From the NCBI GenBank assembly GCA_013387215.1, contig WARW01000003.1:10227-74226 (forward strand): DNA of 64,000 nucleotides, read 5' to 3'. The DNA is from Patescibacteria group bacterium (GTDB taxonomy: Bacteria; Patescibacteriota; Microgenomatia; UBA12405). The translations under genes and the position numbers were made by a program. The notes under the pieces were generated by a model. That model worked only from the letters and a program-made list of their open reading frames with translations, was not told the DNA's origin and made no database searches. This document shows, piece after piece, positions 63,934 to 64,000 of the stretch. Positions within the stretch are counted from its first letter, which is position 1. Every line of letters begins with the position of its first letter.

Positions 63934-64000
63934 CGAGAATAGAATTAATTGCGGAATAAAATCGGTTAATATACGGTAATATTTTTATCAGTTAGCTATA

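Noticed and set aside
1-64000. Alternative genetic code (UGA recoding, as in some CPR lineages)
   Set aside because: TGA terminates well-delimited genes at expected lengths (for example 166-168, 1386-1388, 7805-7807, 20718-20720). Conserved proteins such as DnaA, DnaN, CopA and TrxB are full length under the standard code.
1-64000. Prophage, IS element or integrative element boundaries
   Set aside because: No integrase, transposase, recombinase, tRNA attachment site or long terminal repeats were recognised. The only inverted repeats are the short elements reported as findings.

Overview
AT-rich, gene-dense bacterial window using the standard genetic code: TGA closes many well-delimited ORFs. 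It contains the chromosomal replication origin, with dnaN and dnaA on the minus strand and rpmH-rnpA-yidD-yidC-jag on the plus strand, plus perfect DnaA boxes on both sides of dnaA. The gene content suggests a small-genome Patescibacteria/CPR-like organism; this is inference, not proof. That content includes a standalone 5'-3' exonuclease, many GT-C membrane glycosyltransferases, a DUF4012 protein, a Gram-positive-type PrgI/VirB4 cluster and a minimal iscR-iscS-iscU set. Main modules, in order: (1) 4.3-8.5 kb, a candidate peptide-pheromone module. It has an unannotated 38-aa Trp-containing peptide, a 6-TM histidine kinase, a 624-aa protein with class-II-cyclase/prenyltransferase-type and polyprenyl-synthase-type motifs, and a response regulator. 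The logic resembles Bacillus ComQXPA but the parts differ; this is my top candidate for something new. (2) 9.9-14.4 kb, a cellulose-synthase-like operon (GH8, a PilZ-less GT2, GT-C). (3) 14.4-22.0 kb, an eight-gene copper locus with a BlaI/BlaR1-type regulator pair, unusual fusions and a repeated dyad abutting two start codons. (4) 22.0-32.8 kb, seven sulfatase-fold ectoenzyme paralogues with a Thr nucleophile. Six are in tandem, share a KEGYF C-terminal tail and show gene-conversion tracts. (5) 34-43 kb, housekeeping genes (isc, ECF sigma, fpg, trxB, GT4, exonuclease). (6) 43.9-52.3 kb, a type IV secretion-like cluster next to oriC. (7) 57-64 kb, cell-envelope genes flanked by a family of palindromic elements with GC-rich cores; one copy is read through in frame inside the GT4 gene. 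No rRNA, tRNA, CRISPR array, transposase or integrase was recognised. All family assignments come from motifs read by eye, since no searches could be run.
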